A stretch of 64,000 bases of DNA, from positions 269,886,001-269,950,000 of the forward strand of contig OZ024741.1 in the NCBI GenBank assembly GCA_964016885.1, given 5' to 3'. The position numbers and the translations under genes are program-made. The notes under the pieces are model-generated. The model did not search any database and was not told the DNA's origin. It saw nothing but the letters and a program-made list of their open reading frames with translations. Positions 1 to 13,362 of the stretch are shown one piece after another; position 1 is the first letter of the stretch; each line of letters starts with the position of its first letter. The DNA comes from Eledone cirrhosa (taxonomy: Eukaryota).

Positions 1-99
1 TACCAGAGAACGTCTCTATGCACCACTTGGAGAACATTAGTCTACGACCTCTTTTATACCATAAATGTGGTTCTGTCTTTGCGCGTAATAGTTTTTCAC

Positions 100-400
100 C
101 GCTCCTATTAATGACGTATTATTCGTTTTTTCCCGTTCTTTGCCAGCGAACGTCACCATGAACCAAAGTATCGTCTTCCTGTCTTCCTCCGGTTGCAACG
201 TTTTTTGAAATATCCAGTTCTGCGTTTACAGATTGACTTTGTTAGTTTCAGAAGATCCCGTTAAGGGTGAAAGCAGCGATTCTTTGCTTAAACTTTAATC
301 TGTTATTTTAATAAATATTTGCTCTTCGGTTCTTATATATCTGATATATATTTTCCTTATCGAGCCCTCTTTGGATTTTAGTCTTCAATTTTATTATTAT

Positions 401-403
<3 letters not shown>
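100..403 (+). mobile_element. Non-coding HHR-bearing repeat family A (PLE-terminus-like), ends in (TA)n
   Basis: Same sequence recurs at 495-727, 7815-7892 (tail only), 14822-15050 and 53385-53582. Copies abut (TA)n or TA-rich sequence. The 5' boundary is approximate. Confidence 0.7.
244..294 (+). ncRNA. Type I hammerhead ribozyme-like motif, variant core CAGAAGA (family A)
   Basis: AGTTT-CAGAAGA-T-CCC gttaa GGG-T-GAAA-GCA gcgattctt TGC-TT-AAACT. Stems I, II and III all pair, with a CUU cleavage triplet. Confidence 0.65.
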
Positions 404-494
<91 letters not shown>

Positions 495-498
<4 letters not shown>

Positions 499-727
499 TA
501 ATTAAAATGACAGATTAAAGTTTAAGCAAAGAATCGCTGCTTAACGGGATCTTCTGAAACTGGTTAGTTTCAGAAGATCACGTTAAGGGTGAAAGCAGCT
601 ATTCTTTGCTTAAACTTTAATCTGTTATTTTAATAAATATTTGATCTACGGCTCTTATATATTTGATATATATTTATCCTTATCGAGCCCTCTTTGGATT
701 TTAGTCTTCAAATTTATTATTATTACT
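495..727. mobile_element. Family A fold-back element (inverted arms 495-561/566-640 plus unpaired tail), HHR at 566-616
   Basis: The left arm is the reverse complement of the right arm with a small deletion. Flanked by (TA)n on both sides. Confidence 0.75.
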
Positions 728-779
728 ATATATATAAACACACACACAAATATATATATATATATAAACACACACACAC

Positions 780-867
<88 letters not shown>

Positions 868-869
<2 letters not shown>

Positions 870-2270
870 TTTCTGAATTTGTTTAGCAAGATTCTTTATC
901 TGAAAACGTCTGTTGAAACCGATATTGTTATACTTTGGGAGGGTCATGTTGCCAATAAGAAACACACGCACCAGTTGTTTTCACTCCAATTTATTATAAA
1001 TTAAATTTATAAATTTAAGAATTTATAAATTTCCGGTTGGTTGGTTGGTTCCATAACCGGACGGTTGTTCATATATTGTCAAAGTTCTTTCGTCACACAT
1101 TCTGTGACCTCTTCAGTGACTGGGGATTCTTTTCTTTTTTTTGTGCCTCTCCTTTGTTCTGTCCTACGCCATCTTGTTTTTGTGTGTGTTGTGTGCTTAG
1201 TTTGCGCATGTGTTACATCCGGGTGTCTGTGTGTGTTTTTATTTGTTTATTTATTTGTTTATTTATTTATTTGTTTATTTACATGTTACTGGTTGGTTAT
1301 TTGTTCTATGTGTGCGTGTGTTTTCATTTTGTCCTTAATTGTAAGTTGTGACGTACATACATATATGTGTACAGACGTACAGTAGTATTTCTATGTATAC
1401 ATACATGCACACATATATATATATGTACGTATGGGTTTACCGAACATTTATTATAATGTTCTTTTCCATATTCCATTCATGTTTTCTATTTAATTTTGGT
1501 TGGAGTTCATTTATGTTTATTGCTTCTGTGATTGTCTAAACATTGCGTCTTTTCTGTGTGTAGATTCTATTTTTATTTCTATGTTCTCTAATTTTCCCTT
1601 ATGTTCTATTTTAGCATGTTGGTGGAGTATTGATGTTTCTTTTTTATCTTGAAGCTCTCGCCAGTGTTCATTTAATCGTTCTCCTATACTACGAGCTGTC
1701 TCACCTATGTGCACTATATTCTTATCTTTACATTGTCCTTCAGTACATCTTATGCTATATACTACATTTCTAGTTTTACAGTTAATATGGGGGCTTAGTT
1801 TACAGATTATGCATTTCTTATCTATACAGGGAGGCCTTTGAAAACGGTATGTATTACTAATAAGTGTTTTTATGGAGGTACCTGGTCTTTCTACTATCTT
1901 AATATTAAGTTTAAGTTTATCTAGGGCCCTTCTAAATTTGTAAGCTAATTCACCTCTAGGGGTTTTATTGAGGAACATTACACTCTGGTATTTATTGCTA
2001 TCATACCATGAGTTTATTCTATTAACCTTATTCCTAGTTCTTTCTATTCTATTCCAAAATTTGCTCCTATAAAAGGGGCATGTCCCCTTTGTATCATTAT
2101 TTACCATTTTTTTCCCATTTGGTTCTGGCTCCTCTATATACTCAAATTTTATCTCTCTGATTGTAACCAGAGAACTGCATACGGTGGATGAAGTGTTGTA
2201 TGTGTCGATGAACAAACAGAAGCACAATTTAGTATAGCTAGATCTAAATTTGGTTGTTTACACTTCTAGC
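868..2270 (-). mobile_element. 5'-truncated Penelope-like element (GIY-YIG end, 3' UTR, pLTR running into the ORF start)
   Basis: ORF 1517-2227 (CIDKKCIICK..CKTRNVVYSIRC..HIGETARSIGERLNEH) is a diverged homologue of the C-terminus of 58362-61994. It ends with MTLPKYNNIGF..KRY running into (TA)n. Confidence 0.9.
1078..1120 (-). ncRNA. Minimal type I hammerhead in PLE pLTR
   Basis: Minus strand: GTCA-CTGAAGA-G-GTCACA gaatg TGTGAC-GAAA-GAAC-TT-TGAC. Confidence 0.75.
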
Positions 2271-2498
2271 TACAGGCTTAAAATCTTCTTTAAAAAGTCG
2301 ACAATGACTGTCAGTGTCTCTTTACTATAGAATTTAAATCTTTGACTCGTAAGTTCGATTATTTGTAGAGAACTATGTCCATTTTGTTTTCGACTTAAGG
2401 GATTCTTTACACGACTTTCTCAACTATTATCTATAGTGATCGCATATTATTATGGTCATTTGAGGTCAGGACAACAACATTTCAAATATTAACATGGG

Positions 2499-2539
<41 letters not shown>

Positions 2540-2547
<8 letters not shown>

Positions 2548-2717
2548 AATGGCTTCTACAGGACTAGAACTGTTTCATTCGGGAGAAATGATGATTTCTC
2601 CCGAATGAAACAGTTCTGGTCCTGTAGAAGCTATTTCTATATTAAATATTTATACTCTGCTATGTATTGAGTACCTTATTTAATGTGGTTACCCCCGATT
2701 GAACCCGGGATAAACTT
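2540..2717. mobile_element. Family G fold-back element (palindrome 2540-2643 plus tail), folded back inside a hammerhead core
   Basis: Near-perfect palindrome centred ~2591. The right arm reads TGATGA-TTTCtcccGAAT-GAAA-CAG..CTG-TA and matches the intact copy at 15088-15219. Confidence 0.75.
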
Positions 2718-2725
2718 ATATATAT

Positions 2726-3012
2726 ATTGTTATACTTGGGGAGGGTCACATTGTTGTAATAATATTGCCAGAAATAATAACAGAACACACTCGCTGTTTG
2801 GTTGGTTTTCGCTTCTGTATCTTTTATATCTCCATAGTTAATTCCTTTGGCAATCAATGTTTATCATTGATTCACTAACGGTAAAAAATACAGATATAAA
2901 TATATATATATAGTTTATCAAAGTTCTTTCGTTGCACATCTGCAACATCATCAGTGGTACTATTATGTTCTCTCCTATTGTATTGTATTGTAATGTCTAC
3001 GCCATTTTTATT

Positions 3013-3071
<59 letters not shown>

Positions 3072-3381
3072 TTCTTGTCTCCGTCTCTGCGTGTGTGTAT
3101 GTTTGGTGTGTGTGTTCGCATTTGAGTGTATGTGTTTTTGTTTTTGTATTCTATCTTTGTTTATTAGTGTGTATTGGTTTTGTATTCTATGTTTGTTGAT
3201 ATGTGTTTGTTGTTATTTTACTTGTGTAAACCCATAGCCTCCAAATACATGATACTCAAAAACTCAACAATGTCCAATAGTGCTAAGTTTAATATTCTGA
3301 TCGCAGAGTTGAAGATAGAATACAAATATAGAATACAAAAACAAAAACACATACACTCAAACGCGAACACACACACCAAAC
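2726..3381 (-). mobile_element. Rearranged PLE remnant (pLTR on minus strand, inverted RT-thumb fragment, inverted UTR piece)
   Basis: The pLTR matches 62000-62521. 3228-3311 (+) encodes KPIASKYMILKNSTMSNSAKFNILIAEL, versus KPMASKYLILKNSAMSSSAKFNILIADL in the full ORF. Confidence 0.8.
2916..2959 (-). ncRNA. Minimal hammerhead in PLE pLTR
   Basis: Minus strand: TACCA-CTGATGA-T-GTTGCA gatg TGCAAC-GAAA-GAAC-TT-TGATA. Confidence 0.65.
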
Positions 3382-3408
3382 ATTTTTTCAAATCCTTTTT
3401 TCAAATAT

Positions 3409-3845
<437 letters not shown>

Positions 3846-4168
3846 TTAGAAGGAACAAGGGGCGGTGTGGTTACTTTATTAAGTGTATTTAGAAATAAAA
3901 TGAAAGCACAAACAAAGGACAGGTCCCCTCTGTAGTTGTCTGCTGGGTGTCTCGGACATTTCTATGCATTAAAGACAATATGTCTATGCACGTTGCGTCA
4001 ATAACTCTTGTAAGTTATTGGGGAAGGAAAAAAGGAGAAAATAAATTAAACAGAAGGGATAAAAAGGGAAAAAAGGTGCAGAAAACATACTGATAAGGTG
4101 GGGGAGACACGAAGTGAAGCACGTGTCTAATTAACAGAGAGAGAGAGAGAAAAGTCAAATATATAAAT

Positions 4169-4259
<91 letters not shown>

Positions 4260-4875
4260 CATACACATATATATATACACATACATGTATATACATATAC
4301 ACACTCAAACATATATATGTATATATATATATATACACACATATACACATTATATATATATACATATATAAAAATATACACTTATATATACATATATATA
4401 TACATACATACACATATATATACACATACATGTATATACATATACACACACAAACATATATATGTATATATATATATATATATACACTCACACACACACA
4501 TATATATATATACAAATATACACACATATATATACATATATATACACGCAAATGTATACATACATATACGTGCATACAGGCATACATTAACACACATTTT
4601 CACATTTTCATACATACAAGTACGCTTAAACAAGTAGAAAAGGCAAGTAGTTAAAGAGTACTTACATAGACTCAGTACTGAGGCAGACCGAAATAGGGCA
4701 TAGGTTGTGGGTAGGGGTGGGTTGGGGCGGAGAGGGGGGATTGCTGAGTGGGGTGTTTTTGAAACTATCGTCCTGGGGCAGAACTGGGTTGTAGTATTTA
4801 TACGTTGCATAGTTTTGTGCATGCAGTTCGGGCGGTGTTCAGAGAGTTTGCTCAGTGTGTCTATGTATGTGTATG

Positions 4876-4918
<43 letters not shown>

Positions 4919-4926
<8 letters not shown>

Positions 4927-5070
4927 GACGTAAAATAAGAAAATTATAAAAATTAACTTACTTACTAAAATTTTAGTAAGTTAATTTTTATAATTTTCTT
5001 ATTTTACGTCTTTCATATAATTGTTCTGCATCCCCTTGCATTGAACCACAAAATTACTAAGACAAAACCT
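4919..5070. repeat. Fold-back element C (palindrome 4919-5018 plus tail) next to (TA)n
   Basis: atgaaagacgtaaaataagaaaattataaaaattaacttac is mirrored by gtaagttaatttttataattttcttattttacgtctttcat. Confidence 0.7.
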
Positions 5071-5208
5071 ATATATTTGCTTGTATAGGTATGCATCTGT
5101 ATACATATGTTGGTAGATATACTAATTCTTTATATATATGTACATATATATATGCGAGTGTGTGAAAGAGAGAGTGAGTGTGTGTGTGCGTGTGTGTATA
5201 TATATATA

Positions 5209-5283
<75 letters not shown>

Positions 5284-5343
5284 TATATGTATGTATATAT
5301 ATACATATATATGTATAAGTATATGTATGTATATATATATATA

Positions 5344-6137
5344 TATTCTTTACGTCGTTTTGGAAGCCTCAACAATGCAGATGGGTAAATCTCCGGGTAA
5401 CAAGATCCGGTGGTGGAGAGAGAGATGTAAGTGAATGTAGAATTAGATGTATAGTGTGTAGAAGAACGTAGGAAAGAGCGTAAAAAATAAAAATAATAAC
5501 ACGAGATAGAGTTACCTTGGGAGAGATTTAATTGACCCTATATATTTCGGATTCACATCCATCAACTGTCTGTCGGAAAGGTGCGAAACGTGTCCTCCGC
5601 TGTTCGTTGTTTCGAATATCTGAGGTCAAGTATAGGTCGGCGGCCGAAATAGTTCTTTTAATTGTGGGAGTGGGGTGGCGTTAGCTGTTAATCCATTGTA
5701 TTATCTGCCCGTGCTGCTTTCTGTATTACCAGTGTTGAATAGTGTGTGGTGGTGGTAGTATTCTCTGCCTGTTTGGTGAATGTTACTGTGTGTGTGTGTG
5801 TGCGTGTGTTGTTGTCTCGCTTGTGTATGTGTGTGTGTGCGTGTGTTGTTACCTCGTTCGTCTGTATTAGCAGTGTAGTATGTTCGCATGGTGGAATGCT
5901 ACTGTGTGTGTGTGCGTGTATTGCTGTGTCGCTTGTGTGCGTGTGCGTGTGTTGTTGCATCGTTTGTTTACTTAAACCAACCACCTCATTTCGCTTCTCT
6001 CGGATCGGTTATTTATTTGTGGCGTTTGATCCAAAGTGCTTCCTTGATTCGTAATGTGCATTGTTGAGGCTTCCAAAATGTCATAAAGAAAATATATCTT
6101 ATTATTCTACAATGCTTCAAGCAAACTTCAATACTCT

Positions 6138-6140
<3 letters not shown>
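5344..6140. mobile_element. (TA)n-flanked element with ~35-bp terminal inverted arms plus tail
   Basis: ttctttacgtcgtttggaagcctcaacaatgca (5347-5379) versus tgcattgttgaggcttccaaaatgtcataaagaa (6057-6090). Confidence 0.55.
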
Positions 6141-6199
<59 letters not shown>

Positions 6200-6293
6200 G
6201 GGGGGGCATGGGTGTGGGGGGTGATGGTAGCTAAGATGCTTCCATAGGCGGTATGCCGGTTGAGCACTCTATGTTCTTACAGAGCAGCGTGTG

Positions 6294-6514
6294 ATATAAT
6301 ATAAAACAAAAAATCAGTGATGCATCTGAACTCAATTTATTGTGTGTTACACTTGTTTCGCCGGCAGACAGCTCGAGTCACGATCAATGTGTGGATCTGT
6401 CTGATCCAGAATCAGACAGATCTACACAATGATCGTGTCTCGAGCTGTCTGCCGGCGAAACAATTGTAACACAATAAATTGAGTTAGATGCATCACTGAT
6501 TTTTCGTTTTATAT

Positions 6515-6518
<4 letters not shown>
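6294..6518. mobile_element. Fold-back element D (~110-bp arms)
   Basis: Palindrome centred ~6408. The right arm has GAAA-CAATTG-TA (6457-6468) followed by AATAAA, like the 3' half of a minimal PLE hammerhead. Confidence 0.7.
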
Positions 6519-6569
<51 letters not shown>

Positions 6570-6574
<5 letters not shown>

Positions 6575-7122
6575 ATGAGAAGAAAGAAGAATACTGCGTG
6601 GTTTGCACATGGGTTACATATGATAAAAATAGTCCTTCGTCAGTGATTTTCCAACCATCATTGGTATTTCATCGCATTAAAAATCAGATACCTCAGGTTG
6701 GTGCGAGCAATAACTAAAAAAAGTTATTGGGACCAGAATTCGCGTAAGGGGAGGGGGACAAGTAAACAACATAGAAGGATAAAAGCAAACCGAAGATAGG
6801 AAAATAAACAAGCAACATGGTTGTCCGGTCAGATTAAGCTGGGTGGATTACATGAGCGAGAGAGGTACAGACCGTGTTCATGTGTGTGAGATGTGAGCAA
6901 GAAGAGACTCACACAACCCAAACGGGAGGAAGTGAGAAGGGGAGAAACAGAGAGTGAGTGAGTGGAAGTGTGAGGAAGAGGTCGGTCGAGAGAAAGTGTA
7001 ACTGACAGAGGGGAAGAAAGAAGGTGAGAGAAACAGAGAGAGCGGAGAAGCAGTAAGAGAGAAACAGACAAACGCAGCCGAGGTAAATATATATAAAAAA
7101 CATGAGAAGAAAGAAGAATACT

Positions 7123-7127
<5 letters not shown>
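6570..7127. mobile_element. (TA)n-flanked element with a terminal direct repeat
   Basis: aaacatgagaagaaagaagaatactgcg occurs at ~6571 and again at ~7098. Confidence 0.5.
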
Positions 7128-7155
<28 letters not shown>

Positions 7156-7257
7156 ATATATCTATATTATATATATATATAATATATCTATATTATATAT
7201 ATATATAATATATATATATTATATATATATATCATATATATATATATACACACACAA

Positions 7258-7435
7258 CGAAAGGATGGACCATAACTCACCAGAGTACTCAATACTTAGG
7301 GTAGTAGAGTGGGTAATAGGAAAATGTATGACCCCCGACGGCAGAGCTCAAGCCGTTTCGACGGCTATTTCTGAGTCCAGAAATAGCCGTCGAAACGGCT
7401 TGAGCTCTGCCGTCGGGGTCATATATTTTCCTATA
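7258..7435. mobile_element. Family B fold-back element, second copy (opposite orientation, different fold centre)
   Basis: Palindrome 7316-7435 with the tail on the left, homologous to 3497-3690. Confidence 0.75.
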
Positions 7436-7462
7436 TATATACATATATATATATACATATGC

Positions 7463-7538
<76 letters not shown>

Positions 7539-7714
7539 TTGTATTCACATACATATATATACACATATATATATATGCATATGTGCGTGTGTTTTAATTA
7601 TTCCTGTACATTTTCCAACATCTAATCTATTTCTAATCTAAGCTAGATCTGAACATCAGTATTGAGTACTCTGGTGCGTTATGGTCCACCTGGTTCCTTA
7701 CCACACTTGCTTCG

Positions 7715-7789
<75 letters not shown>

Positions 7790-7980
7790 TTGGCCTTCCA
7801 ACTCCAAACGTTTAAATATATATGTATTTGATATATATTTATCCTTATCGAGCCCTCTTTGGATTTTAGTCTTCAAATTTATTATTATTACTATATATAT
7901 ATATATGTGTGTGTGTGTCTGTGTGTGTATATATACACATATACACACATGTATATATATATATATATCAAGTGAAAGAA

Positions 7981-8083
<103 letters not shown>

Positions 8084-8242
8084 GGGTGATATTAGATAAT
8101 AAAACAGTTATATTTATTGTAAACAATGTCTGTACAATGTTAGTATAAATATGGATGAATTAGATTAGCTGTCGAAACGACCGGAGATCAGCCGTCGGGG
8201 TCCTGACTCTTTTCCTATATATATATATATATATGTATATAA

Positions 8243-8307
<65 letters not shown>

Positions 8308-8333
8308 CGGAGGGAGAGAGAGAGAGGGAGAGA

Positions 8334-8407
<74 letters not shown>

Positions 8408-8470
8408 AAGAGAGAAATGGAGATAGGGCGAGAATGATAGAGAGATAGAGAGATAAATAGATAGATAGAC

Positions 8471-8559
<89 letters not shown>

Positions 8560-9407
8560 TGTTTCTTTTATTTGCCACCAGGGCATCAAAAGTGGGACAA
8601 GTACAATGGGGGGAGTTTACAAAACAAGGCGTCCTCAATAAGGAGGAGGCAATAACAATATATAAAAATAAAATAGAATATAACAAAAAATAAAATTTAT
8701 AACAAAGTCCTCAATAGAGAGGAGGCGCCTTGGGGGGTCGCACACACCCCCGAAAAAGTGTGCAACCCTTCTCCTCAGGAGCACAGAGAAGGGGTGCTCC
8801 CTTGGTCTTTCATCTTCCTCACCTATAGTCTGATGTAGAGTGAAGGCCCATTCACACGGGCCATTCTCGCCACTTTCACCCATCTTTCATAGAAACGGCT
8901 GGGGTGCAGCACCTCTCTCTCCATCCTGATCCTTCTTCCGAAATGATATCGGAAGAAACGGACCAGTTGTTGGCCAGAGAGAAAGGTGTCTGACCTCAGT
9001 CCTTTCAGACGCGTCCACCATACAACCTCTTTCGCCATGGCTATTACGCACAGAAACACCGCCTCTCCTTCGTTTTTGAAGAGGGGAGGCGGCTTGATCG
9101 TTACAATAGACTCGGTGGTCAACCGGATTGGTCCCACCCTTGACAGCAGTTGTTCGACATAACCCCACAGATCGGCAATGCCCGAGCAGTGTACCAATGC
9201 GTGTGCAACGGTTTCCTCGTCGCACACGCATCTGGGACAGATCTTTTTCGATGGGTCCCTACCCGGGCGCCCGTGTCTGTAGAGCCTTTCTCGAACGGGC
9301 AGAGCCCTTCTGTAGCATTGCCAGGCCAGGGACCTCTGGAAGTTATCCATGGGTCCCGGGCTGAATGTCCTACCGAACAGGTTGGCCAGTTCGTCTTCCT
9401 CCATGCC
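8560..9407 (-). mobile_element. 3' fragment of Tx1-type LINE (ATCT-associated family)
   Basis: Encodes GMEEDELANLFGRTFSPGPMDNFQRSLAWQCY..CPRC..H..HC..VNGPSLYIRL, nearly identical to 47094-47679. Flanked by (GATA)n on both sides. Confidence 0.9.
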
Positions 9408-9474
<67 letters not shown>

Positions 9475-9574
9475 GGCTTGAAAGATATATTACAGTTTAA
9501 TGTAAACGTGATTTTCCTATCTAAATACATGATAAAGGTGTCAATCAATAAGTGAATATATTTACATGATATAC

Positions 9575-10310
9575 CAAATATTATACACAATAATATATAC
9601 AATATTATATACAATAATATATACAATATTATATACAATATTATATACAATATTTTATACAATATTATATACAATATTATATACAATAATATATACAATA
9701 TTATATACAATATTATATACAATATTATATACAATATTATATACAATATTATATACAATATTATATACAATAATATATACAATATTATATACAATAATAT
9801 ATACAATATTATATACAATATTATATACAATATTATATACAATATTATATACAATATTATACACAATAATATATACAATATTATATACAATATTATATAC
9901 AATAATATATACAATATTATATACAATAATATATACAATATTATTTATACAATATTATATACAATATTATATACAATAATATATACAATATTATATACAA
10001 TAATATATACAATATTATTTATACAATATTATATACAATAGTATACAATAATATATACAACAATATATACAATATTATATACAATAATATATACAATATT
10101 ATATACAATAATATATACAATATTATTTATACAATATTATATATACAATATTTTATATACAATATTATACAATAATATAAAATAATATAAACAATATTAT
10201 ATATAATTATATATACAATATTATATACAACAATATATACAATATTATATACAATAATATATACAATATTATATACAATAATATATACAATATTATATAC
10301 AATTATATAC
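9575..10310. repeat. 12-bp period AT-rich minisatellite (TATACAATATTA/TATACAATAATA)
   Basis: Direct tandem units visible. Confidence 0.9.
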
Positions 10311-10599
10311 ACATAAAGGGCCATAACTCTATGCTGCAAAGCATGGTATCTGACGCTTTACCGATACTGTATAATATAAACAATAAAATGTCAAGTTTTG
10401 AGATTTTCTATTTATTCATTTCATGTTTACGTTTCTTTACAAATATATCACACCAATACTTGACCTGATGTCAACAACTATTACTATTACTCATCTCAGC
10501 GACTGAGATATATCATAATGTTTGTTGCAGTCCTGTAGCTTCATGTAATCGAAAATCTTGACAGACAATCATAAACTAACCTCATTGTATACATGAATG

Positions 10600-10890
10600 G
10601 TCCTGTAAATCGTGAGGGAGTCGTAGGAGCGCCATATTGACATACAGCGTTTCTATGGCATTTTAAAACCTGGCGGAGCCCATCTCGTCTCTAGGGCTGA
10701 TTACAGTTGATTTCTTCCAAGGAAGGATAGAGAGTGAGAAAGAGATATAGAGAGAGAATCAACCCCAGTACTAGACTGGTACTTATTTATCCACCTTTAA
10801 TGGATGGAAGGCAAAGTTGACCTCGGCAAGACCTGAAACGAATAGCGCAAAGCATTCTATCGGATGTTCTAATGACCAATTCGCCCCCTA
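10600..10890 (-). mobile_element. tRNA-derived SINE
   Basis: Reverse complement of the SINE family with its gcctttcatcc..gataaataagtaccag central block and long 3' part. Confidence 0.7.
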
Positions 10891-10907
10891 ACCTAATGTC
10901 ATTTTTT

Positions 10908-11460
10908 ATGGATTGGCAGTATCGGTAGAGCGTCAAACACCATGCTTTGCAGCATAGAGTTATGGTCCTTTACATTCTGAGTTCAAATCCCGCCGAGGTT
11001 AGCTTTGCCTTTTATCCTTACGGGGTCGATAGGATAAAGTACCAATAATGTACTGGGGTAATTGCTGACCTTGTGCCTAAAGTAGAAACAATTTTTTATC
11101 TCAAAGGGCGGTGGGTTGACAGTATCGGCAGAGCGTCAGACACCATGCTTTATGGCATTGAGTTACGGCCTTTTACGTCCTGAGTTCAAATCCCGCCGAG
11201 GTTAGCTTTGCCTTTCATCCTTGTGGGGTCGATAAAATAAAGTGCCAGTAATGTACTGGGGTCGATTTAATAGACTTTCCCCTCTCCCAAAATTGCTGGC
11301 CCTGCGCCTAAATCAGAAACCATTATTTATCTCAATTGAGTTCAAATCCCGCCGAGGTTAACTTTGCCTTTCATCCTTACGGGGTCGATAAAATAAAGTA
11401 CCAGTAATGTATTGGTTATTGATGGCTTTGTGCCAATAGTAGAAACAATTATTTATCTCA
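10908..11460 (+). mobile_element. Cluster of three tRNA-derived SINE copies
   Basis: A-box-like TGGCAGTATCGG and B-box GAGTTCAAATCC, then gcctttcatcctt.cggggtcgataaaataaagtaccag, repeated. Confidence 0.85.
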
Positions 11461-12619
11461 ATTGCTGTTAGTATTTAGCCCCAGACCTACTTTGATAGAA
11501 CAAACCTAATATCTAAGCCGTTCCCACCATGCCGTCTATATTCCATGCGTCTAGGGTCTGTATTCTTTTTTTTTTGGGGGGGGGGGGTATTTTTTTAATG
11601 TTGGTGGAAATTTTAGCTGCTATTTTAAGCAAAGTGAGTAACTATATAGAGGTTCCCAATTTTTGTCTTGCAATCATCTCAGTATTTTATATGTATAATA
11701 ATTACTACGTGACTAGAAATCAAAATCTATCGCCATTAGTCATCTAAATAGTTGACATATGTAATAATAATTAGTTACAAAACGTGAATAAATAAATTTT
11801 CCAAATTACACAAAAAAAAACTACTGTTATTACTCATCTTCATAGTTAAGACATCATAATTCATCAAATATCGTTATAACTCGTCACAATATTTTAAATA
11901 AAAATAATTGGTTTATTACCAGATAATAAACTATTGACAACTAGCTGTTTAGTGTGCCAAAGCCAAGTCTGCCCATTAAATATATCCTTCTCCACGTTAA
12001 CAACGATACAGCTAACATGACATTAAATATATCCTTCTCCACGTTAACTACGATACAGCTAACATGAAATAAAATTTAATGATTCCAAACTGCTTTCATT
12101 TTTCTATGTTGCTTCTTCCTTCTTACTTATTCTCTCCTCTTTTTCTTATTCTTTTTTATGTTTTCTTTTCTTTATTTTTTTCTTTTACTTTTTACAATGT
12201 GTCTACTAGTATCTTTTTCTCTATCTTCTATCCAAACTTGGAATCCAGGTGAAGAACTCGACTAGCCGGGAGTTTATCACTATCTACACATACTTTACAC
12301 ACTCAAAGAGGTAGTAATCTTCCAGTTCATTAATATCCATACTGAATGAATAGTATAAATAAACACAAGATGGTGGAAACTTTCAGTTAGACATATTTTA
12401 AAATAGAATGATGTTTGTAAGAGAAATATATCCTACTTTACCTTAAATAAACTAAAGAAAACCTCTTATCTTGAAACATTTAACCATTCAGCTTGTCTGA
12501 TATTTGTTGAATTTCTAACTTCTCTAACGAACAATACAAACACCATTTCAAACTGTGTTTAGTGACTCCTCTAGCTTTCTTCTCGACATAAAGAAAATTT
12601 AAGTCCTCAGAGTAAAATG

Positions 12620-12731
12620 GTTTCTACTTTAGGCACAAGGCCAGTAATTACCCCAGTACATTACTGGTACTTTACTTTATCGACCTCGTAAGGATGAAAG
12701 GCAAAGTTAACCTCGGCGGGATTTGAACTCA
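12620..12731 (-). mobile_element. SINE fragment
   Basis: Reverse complement of the B-box and central block. Confidence 0.75.
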
Positions 12732-12879
12732 TCAAAGTATATTATCTCAACAACATACAACGTTTGTATATACATGTGTATATATTATTGCATAGATAGG
12801 GGACGACGGTGTATATATATGTGAATATATGGGTGTATATATTATTGCATAGATGGGGAACAACGATGGTGTATATACA

Positions 12880-12916
<37 letters not shown>

Positions 12917-13128
12917 TATGTATACGTACATACATATATGTATACAGACGTACAGTAGTATGTATATATATATATATACATACATGCACACACATATATA
13001 TATATGTACGTATGGATTCACCGAACATTTATTATAATGCTCGGTGTGTTTGTAAACAAACATCCCGTATTAAGCCGTACAGTGTCAAGCAACCATCGTT
13101 GCTCATTTGTTCAACACTGACAAAGGAA

Positions 13129-13169
13129 CGCTGTTCTAGTTTCAAGCTTATTAGCTATCGTCAGCAACG
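13129..13169 (-). ncRNA. Minimal hammerhead (family E, left arm; cleavage-site U mutated)
   Basis: Minus strand: CGTTG-CTGACGA-T-AGC taataa GCT-T-GAAA-CTAG-AA-CAGCG. Confidence 0.6.
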
Positions 13170-13362
13170 TATACCTTCCTACCAGATGATTAAACGTCTG
13201 AAAGTATATACTTTCCTTATGTATATTAACGGCTGAGCAGCCTAATTTTCATATCGAGTGAGTTAATCGGCCGGGGTACCGAAAACGATAAACGGCTCAG
13301 CCGTTAATATGCATAAGGAAAGTATATACTTTCAGACGTTCATCATCTGGCAGGAAGGTATA

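Noticed and set aside
9575-10310. Regular repeat array as CRISPR or coding repeat
   Set aside because: Contiguous 12-bp units with no unique spacers, in a eukaryotic context.
10908-11460. tRNA genes at A-box/B-box motifs
   Set aside because: These are SINE heads with no intact cloverleaf, followed by the SINE body.
11974-12068. 47-bp tandem duplication
   Set aside because: Ordinary local slippage duplication.
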